Source of the DNA: Macrostomum lignano
Taxonomy: Eukaryota
Direction of reading: 5' to 3'
Length of the DNA: 64,000 nt
Assembly: GCA_002269645.1 (NCBI GenBank)
Contig: NIVC01000173.1
Location: 434,001-498,000, forward strand
The translations under genes were made by a program, and so were the position numbers. Positions within the stretch are counted from its first letter, which is position 1; the number at the start of each line of letters is the position of its first letter. Below the pieces are notes generated by a model, which was given only the letters and a program-made list of their open reading frames with translations, did not search any database and was not told where the DNA came from. Positions 13,001 through 24,000 of the stretch are shown piece by piece.

Positions 13001-13784
13001 AAATTAAGGACTCAGCACCCAGAATCTTGAGACCTCAGCTTTCTGAATCTTAAGACTTGATCTTAAAACTGCGATCCCTGATTCTGGGGGACTCAGCGCT
13101 CCCTAAATCTTGATACTTCAGATCCCTGAATGTTGAGAAATAACAGAGATTTTTAATCTAACCTGCGCCACGATTAGCAAATGCTTTAGTATAGGGATTA
13201 ACGCTTATTCCGCCAACATTAACCCCAACACTGCCGGAGGATTGCACAGCGTTGGACCCGGTCGTAACAACGGCATCAGTTTGCAATTGTCGATCGCATT
13301 TAAGCATTTTTCTGCGCGCCAATTCGCCTTCAAGATGCCGGCTGACTGCGCGCAATCGTTTGATTTTTGATTTATGAATTTGAGCAAGGCGCTCGGCCTC
13401 CTCGGCGCCACGAAGCGGCCGCGCCAGAGCGCGAAGCTCGGCAATTAGACCCACGTGCTCCGGCTGAAGAAGCGGATGGGCCACAGAGCCAGCGCCAGAG
13501 CCGACACCGACAGCAGCTGCAACTGCTTCACCATTGCATTGGGCAGAATCTTCGTTGCTGTGCTTGTCATTGCTACTATTACTACTACTAGTAGTAGTGT
13601 GGGTAGTATCGTGTCTTGAAACGCTATCAATGTGATTAGTTGTCTTTTTACTAAAATCATTATCGCTATTTAAAACTGTTTGTTGCAGTGTCGCTGTTGC
13701 TAGTGAAGATGTCGATGTTGATGGCAATGCCATGGACACTGAGCTAGTGGTATGGCCACCAACTTCTGCTGCTGGGTCAGGGTG
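10077..13784 (-). CDS. ATF7IP: ATF7IP/MCAF1/Windei-like protein (SETDB1 cofactor family), ~402 aa if the ATG at 13733 is used
   Basis: Exons 13784(13733)-13163, 12114-11808, 10407-10077; phases 1 and 2 consistent. C-terminal FN3 AELHW...WAKTADLRALPLPMRC...HFVLRAEDAAGRSG matches the family signature KALPLPMAC...FAVRA.D..GR.G, preceded by a Pro-rich stretch and a coiled coil. Start uncertain. Confidence 0.78.
10490..10700. repeat. ~26-27-bp repeat (GGGATCATTTGGGATTATTGATTATT), intronic
   Basis: Read directly. Confidence 0.88.
11380..11775. repeat. Degenerate repeat with core AAAATCAATAATCGATATT, intronic
   Basis: Read directly. Confidence 0.8.
12222..13130. repeat. 23-bp minisatellite (GAGGACTCAGTTGCCTGAATCAT), decaying toward the right, intronic
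   Basis: Read directly. Confidence 0.95.
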
Positions 13785-16755
13785 CTGCAATTTCAGACCA
13801 CATTCATTATAGTTTTCACACTTCTTTTTTTGATTTATTTGCTTTTTTGGATTTTCTTTTTCCCTTGTTGTCTATTTTCTTTATTTTTCTTATTTTACAC
13901 ATTTCCTATTATCATGCTTTTGTCCTGATTAGCATGATTAGTTTTGTGACATATCTAATCTGGCTGGCTAGATCAGCTAGGCCTAGGTGTTATGTATTCA
14001 TACATATTTGGCAGTGTTATCTTGAAATCATTTGGACATAGACTGTTAAGTACTTATTATTTAATATTAAATTTTTATAATCATTCATCTATACCCATAT
14101 ATATAATAGTAAATTGGTATATACATAGATACTACTTAGTCAAAAACACATATCTAGATAATATCTTGGCACTTTTATAGATATCTAGTATACATCTAGT
14201 CCAGTGACTAAAAGCAATAGGCCCATTGGGTAACTATAGGATAACTGAAGTACAAAACAATATGCTAGCATTTTTTTCTATTATTGCTAAATTAGATACT
14301 TTAGAATTCTTTTCTTATTAGGTCTTGGCCAATAATAGATTCTTGCTATATAGATAAATAGTTTGATAATTGCCATATAGAAAAGTGCCTTAATATACTT
14401 CATTAATGCTAATAATATTATTGATCAAGTTTGTCCTCTTATTATTAACTATAAAAGTTGGCACTTTGGCTTTTTAAGCTAGTTGAAATGGCTTTTAGCA
14501 TTAGCATTAGTATAGTCAGTATGCTCAAAACTAAAATATTTAGTACTTACTATTTTAACTAATATCTTAAATGACTTGACCTGCTACAATACAAATATCT
14601 ATTTATTATATTTTGCTAGTGGCAGCAAATTAATGGGCCATGAATCCCATGATCTAGGCTAAAAGCTATCATATAAACACAGCCTTCCTAATTTATTTTG
14701 GCCATAGAATATAGTTTTAAAAAATATAACAATTAGTTCACTTTATTAACTAATAGATTAATTTAATGATCTATTTGCCAAAAATCCAAAACTCTATCTA
14801 ACCTTAATTATAAAAACATTTTATTTTAGACATTTATTTTAGGGTCTAATCCTAGCTGTCATAGGTATTCATAGATATAGTTGTAGTAGGGCATTATTTT
14901 AGGAACGGGAAATTATTGTGGGTTCAAATATGCTTTTACCCTACTATCAGTAGTTTCAACCTAGGGAAATAATTAGAGCAGGGTAAGTAGCTAAATTTGG
15001 GGTTCCTTTAGAACTACAGAGCAGTTGGGCTCTTGGGAAAGCATTTTCTCCTATCATTGAACATTTAACTTAGAAAATTCACAAAAGGAAATGGTAAGAA
15101 AGGGAAATAAAACAGGAATATAATTTAGGCTTGCACAGAGGAGTCTTGCCTCTAAAACTAACTGGGAGTCTTGCCCAACGCACAATAATGGGGAAACTTA
15201 AAAATAGGGAAGTTAATGTAACAATACTAACTTTTGTACTGTAACATTTAATTACTTCTTTTATTAAACTTGTGTTAACAAACTTTATCAGTGTCCTGAC
15301 TCAGTTCTTTAAACCTAAAAGCTAGAATTAAGGAACAGCAGGAACCTGGTGGCAGCAAACTACCGAAATCTCAAACCAGTAAATCCACTTAAAATCCTTA
15401 GTAGCAAATAGGAAACCAGTAGCTTAACCGCGAGGCAATGCCCGATTCCATAGTTAAGACAAAATATCAATTTTATTATATACTATACCATCCATTATAA
15501 TTAAGTACTTGGGTGAGGTTCCCATTCCATGACTTGATAATATGTATAGAAAAGACAAATTTGAATAAAAGTAGGTTTTCACCTAAAAGTAGGTCATAAA
15601 ATTATATATAATAAAGTGTGCAAGTGCTATAGCTACAGTAATTATGGTTTTGTATTTTTATGAATAGTAATACCAAGTTATAATCTTCTAAGCCAATAAT
15701 AATTGCAAGGATTTTTTGTTCTAATTTACCAACATTCAATAGTAATATTCATGCTCAATTTATATATTTTTTAAACTTAGAATTAATATTTAGGCCCTGC
15801 CTTTGTTTCAATCATTTATTTCAAAATTAATATTGACAAAATTCCAACATAGCATAAATTGACGCAACCTGGCTGGCTGATAAGCTATTATAACTTGTAA
15901 ATCTTCTATACTCGAAAACTTAGAAATCTTTTCAAAGACTATATCTATAAGGATTTTTCAAAAAAGAAATAAATTATACTATATATACTATTGATATATA
16001 GAATACAAAGGAGATTGAAATGAAACAAAGTAGATTTTAGAATATACAATACCAAGAAGACAATGACACTAATCTTGGTTATGCTTAAGGACTGGATTAT
16101 TGAATACCTAGATAAATACTAAGAGAGAAAGAGAGAGAGATTTATAAAAAGAGCTATTCTGAAAGACACATAAGAAATTCTAGGGTAAATAGTAGACTGC
16201 TTAGTAAATATAAGAAAAATGCTATTAGTATAGAATAGGAATGCTAGGCTAATGCAATGGTAATCTAAGCAAATTAAGTTTAACCATAATTTCTCAAAGA
16301 TGCTATTGCAATTATTGATAGTAGGCCTAATGTCTTTTAAGACCTTAGTTGCATGTGTTTAATAGTTCTATGACTATTAGTTCAAGTTCTATGATCACCA
16401 ATTTTGCCATTGGCCATAGTAATCTCTATATGCTATAGAGTTCTACATTTAGGCTTAGCCAAGACCCTCCTTCTAACTTTGATTTGTAGTCTTTTTGCCA
16501 ACTATGTAGGGCCTAGTTTTCAAATTTGCAACTAATAAAGCTTGTAGGCCTAAGAAAAAGTGGTCAACTTAGGGATATAAATACCACTATCATTAGCCTA
16601 CAAAAATGCATCTAATATCTCCAATGTTGAACACATTGACATAAAGTAGGCCTATGCTCATTAAAAACAAGAGCTTAGACAAGTCTATGCAGATTTTTTT
16701 ATTGTATAGGCCTAAGGGCCTAGTCAAATATAGGCAAGCCAACTAGGTAGCTAGG

Positions 16756-16952
16756 CAGGGGCATAGCCAGGAATTTTCTATGGGGGGATACACCAAGGTT
16801 AATTTTTATAGGGGGATACACCAAGGTAAAAAGTGCTATGACAGAGTCACATGATAGCATATATAGGCCTAGCAACAAAAGGCAACAAAAAAGTTATGGT
16901 CAGGCTCTTTGAGGGAGATACATCCCCCTATCCCTCCCTCTCTATGCCCCTG
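16756..16952. mobile_element. hAT-like MITE, 197 bp
   Basis: TIR CAGGGGCATAG / CTATGCCCCTG with a perfect 8-bp TSD, TAGCTAGG (16748-16755 and 16953-16960). Confidence 0.9.
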
Positions 16953-18082
16953 TAGCTAGGCCTAGTTTATACCCATATACCAATGCAGTAAAGCTTGAAT
17001 GTTTGCATGTGCATATAGGCCTAGGTCCTATTAGACTCAGAGTACTATGGTATTATAGGGGTCTAGGCCTAATCAATGGCAGCGGATAGCCCCCAGATGA
17101 CCACCCCTTTAACAAAAATTTTGAAAGTATGCGCAAGACCACAAGAAAATTTTTTCTGACTAATGGCAGATGCCAGGGGTAGGGAGCAGGGGGTGACCAC
17201 CCAACCACTGCCCACCCCCCAACTGGAGGTGCTGTCACCACTGTAATATGTCTAAATGTAAGCATTTAAGTATTAAACAAGATCCTTTTAATTTAGGGTA
17301 GGTCACCATCACATTCATGCTTTGGATTATCAGTTAGGGGCCTACATATGCAGGTTAGGGCCTAAGACAGTATTATATTATTATAGGCCTAGGCCTAGGC
17401 TAGGCCCTAATGAAACGTGTAACCATGTCCATCGTGTAAAAAAGTGTAGTAGTAGTTTATTGTTACTAATGATAAAGGCCTATGTGGATTAAGACCGCGA
17501 AAAATTAGGCCCAAATGACGATGTAATAAATCCACATACTACAACTAACATTTCCAACCAGAAAAAGAGAAATTGCAAAGAAACTTGGAATTGGAAGTGA
17601 CAGGTCACAGGTTCGTTCGTTCAACTATAAATTTTCTTTCTTTTAGATTAATTTGACAACCAAAGCGTCTTTTGAAACTCAATAAAATTTCTAATTAACT
17701 GCAACAGGGTTGTAACTAATTAACAACCTACCAACTATTTTACTTTTACCTAAAAAAAACGGAACAAGGACAAGTACAGCAAGTCGGAGTCGGAGACCTT
17801 GACAAGAATGATCTTGAATTTTGCATATTACGAGGTTTAAAAAGTACAACAAAATTAAAAGTGTTTTTTGTAAATTATGAAATAAGCGTTATTAAATGAG
17901 CATTATATTATATAAAACATATTATTGCGTTAAAAATGTTTAGTGAGAGCTGAATTCTTGAATCACAAGCCAGTATCTCTATGCTACTATTGAAACTCGA
18001 TTAATTTCAACTGAAGCAAGTAAATGCCCATTTTTTGTTTATCGAATACAAGTAGTTTTATGATTGGATCCGGGGTTAAACC

Positions 18083-21000
18083 ATGGCGACAGAAAACAAA
18101 GCTTCCGACAAGGAAGAACTGATTGATTTAAACGAGAGATTTCACTTTTACGTTCGTCGTGTACGCCAGCTTCGTGATGAATCCGATTTGGAGACATTTT
18201 ACAAGTCTATTGCCACTCTTGAAGATGAAGTAAAAGAGGTTCGAAAGTCCTACGAATCAGAAATCTCCAAACTGAAGTAAGAAATACTATTTAACTTATA
18301 GGTCACTAAAGCAAATAGATAGGTAGTTTAGTTGTCACATCGGTATTAAATCGTTTTTACTTCATTCCATCAAACAAAGTTTCTTTTTACTTTAGCGAGA
18401 TTCATTCATCAATTTATGATATATTTTGTACGCGTGTCGTAAGTAAGCATAAGTAGCATCTAACAGTAATGGATTTAGAGGAGGCGCAAAGGCCCTCCCT
18501 ATGAGTTAGCTTTTTGATTTTTTAAGTTGGGTTTTGTATATTTACCTTTCTTATCTTTCTTATCTTTCTTATCTTTCTTACCTTTCCCAATTCTTTATTT
18601 AACATTCAGTCAAATTGAAGAGAGCATTTATTATAACTTTATTTCTCTACCTGTGTACATGAGTTGTATGAATGAATAATTAAAAGCAAAAATAACATTA
18701 GAAATCTGCGCCTCCGTACAATTTTTTTGGATCTGGAGGTAAATATACGTGTATGGTTACCACAACAATTCGATATGTTTATGGGAATAATTACAGTATA
18801 CTGAGTACTTAAAAGAAAATACATATGTACCGCTCGAAATCTATATTTTCAGAAAAAAATATGGAAATTATTAGAAATTTTAATCGCAAAAATAAAAATA
18901 AGTTTTGAAAGCATTCAACCGAACTTCAAAATCTGTATCTCTTAGCTAAAGAATCGCTGTCAATTATTTCTTTCATGCATAGATTTACGCATACGATTAT
19001 TTTGCCCGGGACTAAACTAAAAGTTTGCTAAACTAAAACTAAAACTCAAATTTTTAATAGCAGAAAAATAATTTATTAACAAAATCTGACACCAAAAAAT
19101 TTTTTAGATATGCCATCGAGATTCTCAATCGAGAGAAGTCAGAGATGGAGAAAGACATTATTGCTCGCAAGAACATGGAAGCACATTTAAATGATCGGTA
19201 AGTGCTGGTTTTATGTTCATTGTTTGGAGCGAATTAGGTCTGTAACGTATACGTAGCTATCTTCCAACCAATAAACCCGTGATTTTAGCTTGAACGTGGA
19301 GGTGGACAAGACTCAGCGCTACGTGACAGAGATCAGCCAGTTGAAAAATGAAATCGTCGACAAAGACTACCAAATTCGCGAGCTGAATATGAATCTTAAC
19401 CAGGCCCAATACGACAACAGCGGGATGAAGAAAGACTTGGAAACAAAGACTAGACTGGCTGAGGACTTGAAGCGACAGTGAGTCGACTATTTTGAAATTT
19501 ATTTGCAGTCGAAGGAAATATAATTGCAAACACAACAATGCCTAAATTTGTAGACTTGATCTAAGCAAGAGCGAGTACAAAGACACCACCAATCGTCTGC
19601 AGATTGTGGAAGAGAAACTCTCTTTTCAGGAATCATTCACAGAAGAAGTGAGTAAAGCATGTTGACAGATAAATTTAAGCTTCAAATGATGTTGAGAAAG
19701 TTGAACTTAACCTATAGTATGCTAATAGACTATGACTTCTCCCGTAATCATTAGAAGGCATGGAACTAAGCTTTGTGAGTATCTGGGAAATGGTAAAGTT
19801 CAATATTTATAAATTCGTGACTATAATGACCAGGAGAGGGTAGAGTCCGAGCTCCGCCATGACCAGGAGAGGGTATGAGAGTCCGAGCTCCGCCATGACC
19901 AGGAGAGGGTAGAGTCTGAGCTCCCCCATGACCAGGAGAGGGTAGAGTCCGAGCTCCGCCATGACCAGGAGAGGGTAGAGTCTGAGCTCCCCCATGACCA
20001 GGAGAGGGTAGAGTCCGAGCTCCGCCATGACCAGGAGAGGGTAGAGTCCGAGCTCCCCCATGACCAGGAGAGGGTAGAGTCTGAGCTCCCCCATGACCAG
20101 GAGAGGGTAGAGTCCTAGCTCCCCCATGACCAGGAGAGGATATAAGAGTCCGAGCTTCCCCATGACCAGGAGAAGAGTATAAGAGTCCGAGCTCCGCCAT
20201 GACCAGGAGAGGGTAGAATCCGAGCTTCGCCATGACCAGGAGAGGGTAGAGTTCGAGCTCCACCATGACCAGGAGAGGGTAGAGTCCGAGCTTCGCCATG
20301 AGAGGGTCTCTGAGAGCGAGCTTCGCCATGAGAGGGTCTCTGAGAGGGTCTCTCCTGGCCATGACCAGGAGAGGGTAGAGTCCGAGCTCCACCATGACCA
20401 GGAGAGGGTAGAGTCCTAGCTCCCCCATGACCAGGAGAGGGTAGAGTCCGAGCTCCCCCATGACCAGGAGAGGGTAGAGTCCGAGCTCCGCCATGACCAG
20501 GAGAGGGTAGAGTCTGAGCTCCCCCATGACCAGGAGAGGGTAGAGTCCGAGCTCCGCCATGACCAGGAGAGGGTAGAGTCCGAGCTCCCCCATGACCAGG
20601 AGAGGGTAGAGTCTGAGCTCCCCCATGACCAGGAGAGGGTAGAGTCCTAGCTCCCCCATGACCAGGAGAGGATATAAGAGTCCGAGCTTCCCCATGACCA
20701 GGAGAGGGTAGAGTCCGAGCTTCGCCATGAGAGGGTCTCTGAGAGCGAGCTTCGCCATGAGAGGGTCTCTGAGAGGGTCTCTCCTGGCCATGACCAGGAG
20801 AGGGTAGAGTCCGAGCTCCACCATGACCAGGAGAGGGTAGAGTCCTAGCTCCCCCATGACCAGGAGAGGGTAGAGTCTGAGCTCCCCCATGACCAGGAGA
20901 GGGTAGAGTCCGAGCTCCGCCATGACCAGGAGAGGGTAGAGTCTGAGCTCCCCCATGACCAGGAGAGGGTAGAGTCCGAGCTCCGCCATGACCAGGAGAG

Positions 21001-24000
21001 GGTAGAGTCCGAGCTCCCCCATGACCAGGAGAGGGTAGAGTCTGAGCTCCCCCATGACCAGGAGAGGGTAGAGTCCTAGCTCCCCCATGACCAGGAGAGG
21101 ATATAAGAGTCCGAGCTTCCCCATGACCAGGAGAAGAGTATAAGAGTCCGAGCTCCGCCATGACCAGGAGAGGGTAGAATCCGAGCTTCGCCATGACCAG
21201 GAGAGGGTAGAGTTCGAGCTCCACCATGACCAGGAGAGGGTAGAGTCCGAGCTTCGCCATGAGAGGGTCTCTGAGAGCGAGCTTCGCCATGAGAGGGTCT
21301 CTGAGAGGGTCTCTCCTGGCCATGACCAGGAGAGGGTAGAGTCCGAGCTCCACCATGACCAGGAGAGGGTAGAGTCCTAGCTCCCCCATGACCAGGAGAG
21401 GGTAGAGTCTGAGCTCCCCCATGACCAGGAGAGGGTAGAGTCCGAGCTCCGCCATGACCAGGAGAGGGTAGAGTCTGAGCTCCCCCATGACCAGGAGAGG
21501 GTAGAGTCTGAGCTCCCCCATGACCAGGAGAGGGTAGAGTCCGAGCTCCGCCATGAATTATGGCTAGGAGAGGATTAAGACAAAGCGTCTGGACCAGGGA
21601 GCGTGAGAGACCAGGTTCTGTGAGTAGACTTCTCGTTAGCTCCACGATTAGAAAGTGGTGGCACTACGACTATGTTGTCAAAATACTTGTAACCATGGAC
21701 GATTTTTTGCGCAGAACAGCCATCAAAGGCATCCTTTAACAGTGACAAACTACAAATCACTAACCTATAACAATACGAATTGCAGCGCATGGGCGAGCTC
21801 AAGCGTCGAATCGAGACTTACCTGATGCAGATTGCTGAGCTAGAAAACAAATGCGAACTGTCCGAAGCTCGAGAGGCCGCCTTCCCCGACCAGCTTCGCC
21901 AAGTGAAAGAGACGGCGGACACCGATTTGCGCAAGTTTCAACGCGACACTGAGGAGTTCTACAAGGGCAGCATCCAGACGCTGCAGGAGCAGCTCGAGGA
22001 GGAGATTGGCGAGAATAAAAAACTACAGGGCGAAGTTGAACGTCTCAACGATAAGATTGTTGAGTACAGGAATCAGGTGAGAAATGCATTTGCACATAGA
22101 TGATTATCGAACCCCTTTGCGATTGGCTGTGCTACAGCTCAGTTCATGTGGCACACATTTCCATTTGTACATTTTAATCACTTGCTCATCAATCGCAGGT
22201 TACGGAGCTGAAGTCTCAAATCACCATGCTGGAGCAGCAGAAGCGCGTTCTCAGCCAATCATTGGAGTCTGAACGTCACCAGAACACGTACGCAATCAAC
22301 GGACTCGAGCGCAAGCTCAAGGAGGTCCAACAGGAACTGCAGGCCAAGGTGACCGAGATGAACCAGAAACAGGACGTGAGCGCCTCGCTCCGGGCAGAGC
22401 TGGACGCGATGCGCGCTCTGATTGAGGAGGAGGAGACCCGGCTGGGAATCCGGATCAGGCCGGCTGCGCCCATCAACTATCCCGGAAGCGGTGGTAACGG
22501 TGGAGGCACTCAGCAGCAGCAGCAGTTGACAACAGTTACAACTGTAGTTGAAGCTACCAGTACATCGAAGACTGCCGAGACAACAACAGCCGTTGTTGCC
22601 TCAACTCAGGTGGCAGGTAAAACTGAACAAACTAAAACCAAAACTTCGAACGCGGAGGCAACAAGCTCCTCAGAGGTGCAACACGACATTGCTGAGCAGA
22701 AGCGGCCGCAGTTGAAGCAGCGCGACTCGGACTGGCAGAAGATGAGGTTCCTCGCCGAGGAGACTCAGAAAGCTATGGGCAACAGCGGCGGCGGCGGCTC
22801 GTCTGGCAGCTCGCAGGCCGGCGAGGAGGGCATGCAACTGGACCTGAACGAAGCGACTGCAGCGTCGGCCGACGAGGCGGTGTCGCCTAACGAAGGCTAC
22901 GACGAGCCGAAAACTCCGCGTGACAAAGTGGTCGGACCCGTGCTGGGCGGCAGTAGCAAGGGACCGGGCGTATCCAATGCCGTTGGACCTCTGGTTGGTG
23001 CTGGGGCGTCTGGCGACAAAGAAGCGACACCACCTAGGAGCGGGTCGAGTAAGTGCACTCTGTTTAAACACCAGTCTTTTCTATCTCGCTTCGGATTGGC
23101 TTATCGTAGCATCCTGACAGCTTCAGATGATCGTAAACGTGCTTTGACCTCTTCACCATGCACATGCATTTTCCTAATGATATCTTGCATTAATTAGTTC
23201 AATTAAACAATGCCCCTTTCTAATTAGGAGGGAGTTCATTTTGCGATACGAATCATTTTGGAAAACTTCTCATAAACAGGCAAACGTCGCTCTGCACGCA
23301 ACGAAGGCGAGGGTCGCGACTACTTCGAGGAGTTGTTCGAAGACATCGACGATCGGATGGAGGAGGCAGGCGCAATGCAGCCGCAGCCTCAGGATACGTC
23401 GGTCATGCAGTCCAGGTGAGTCAAGACTCTTAATTAAGGTTACCTAGCGAAATAAGAGACGAGATCCTGAGATGAAATAGAGTGAGGCGAAGTAACTGAT
23501 AGCTAAGTATATGATCAGGTGATTATTTAAAAAAAGTTAATATGCAACATGCATGACATAAAGCCGAAACCGCTGTGTTTACAACTGCCTCTAACACCCC
23601 GTCTACGAATATAGGAACTGAAATTGAACTGGAGCATGTAAAAATTCGGTTTCTCAAATGTGTTTTCAATTCACGATTGTTCACTAAAGTTGGATCAACT
23701 AATGTTGTTCATTTTCTGTTTTATTCAATAAGCTGCACAATTGCAGCTGCAGTACATCTCTAAAAGAAGCATTGAAAACTTTTTGCAGCGCCATCGGCGA
23801 CATCAAGATTCTGGAGGTGAATCCGGAGGGAAAATTTGTTCGAGTTCTCAACTCCAATGAGAAAACGGTGAGAGATTGTAACGTGTACTTAATGGACAAC
23901 GTGGGGAACTCCTTCATTTGAGGATAAATTCCCGGAACTGAATTCTGCATGCTCCCAGAGTTGAAAATCGAATTCATTCGGTCCCGTTCATTGGAGCTGG

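Noticed and set aside
17076-17245. Third hAT-like MITE (CAATGGC...CCACTG)
   Set aside because: Termini match poorly and there is no TSD.
19766-21645. ORFs of 452 and 479 aa on the minus strand
   Set aside because: 33-bp array within intron 4 of the filament gene.
21568-21785. Extra filament exon, or premature stop at 21768-21770
   Set aside because: Exon ending 19647 splices in phase 0 directly to 21786, with a CTAAC branch at 21760 and lamin-like continuity (FTEERMGELKRR), so the TAA is intronic.
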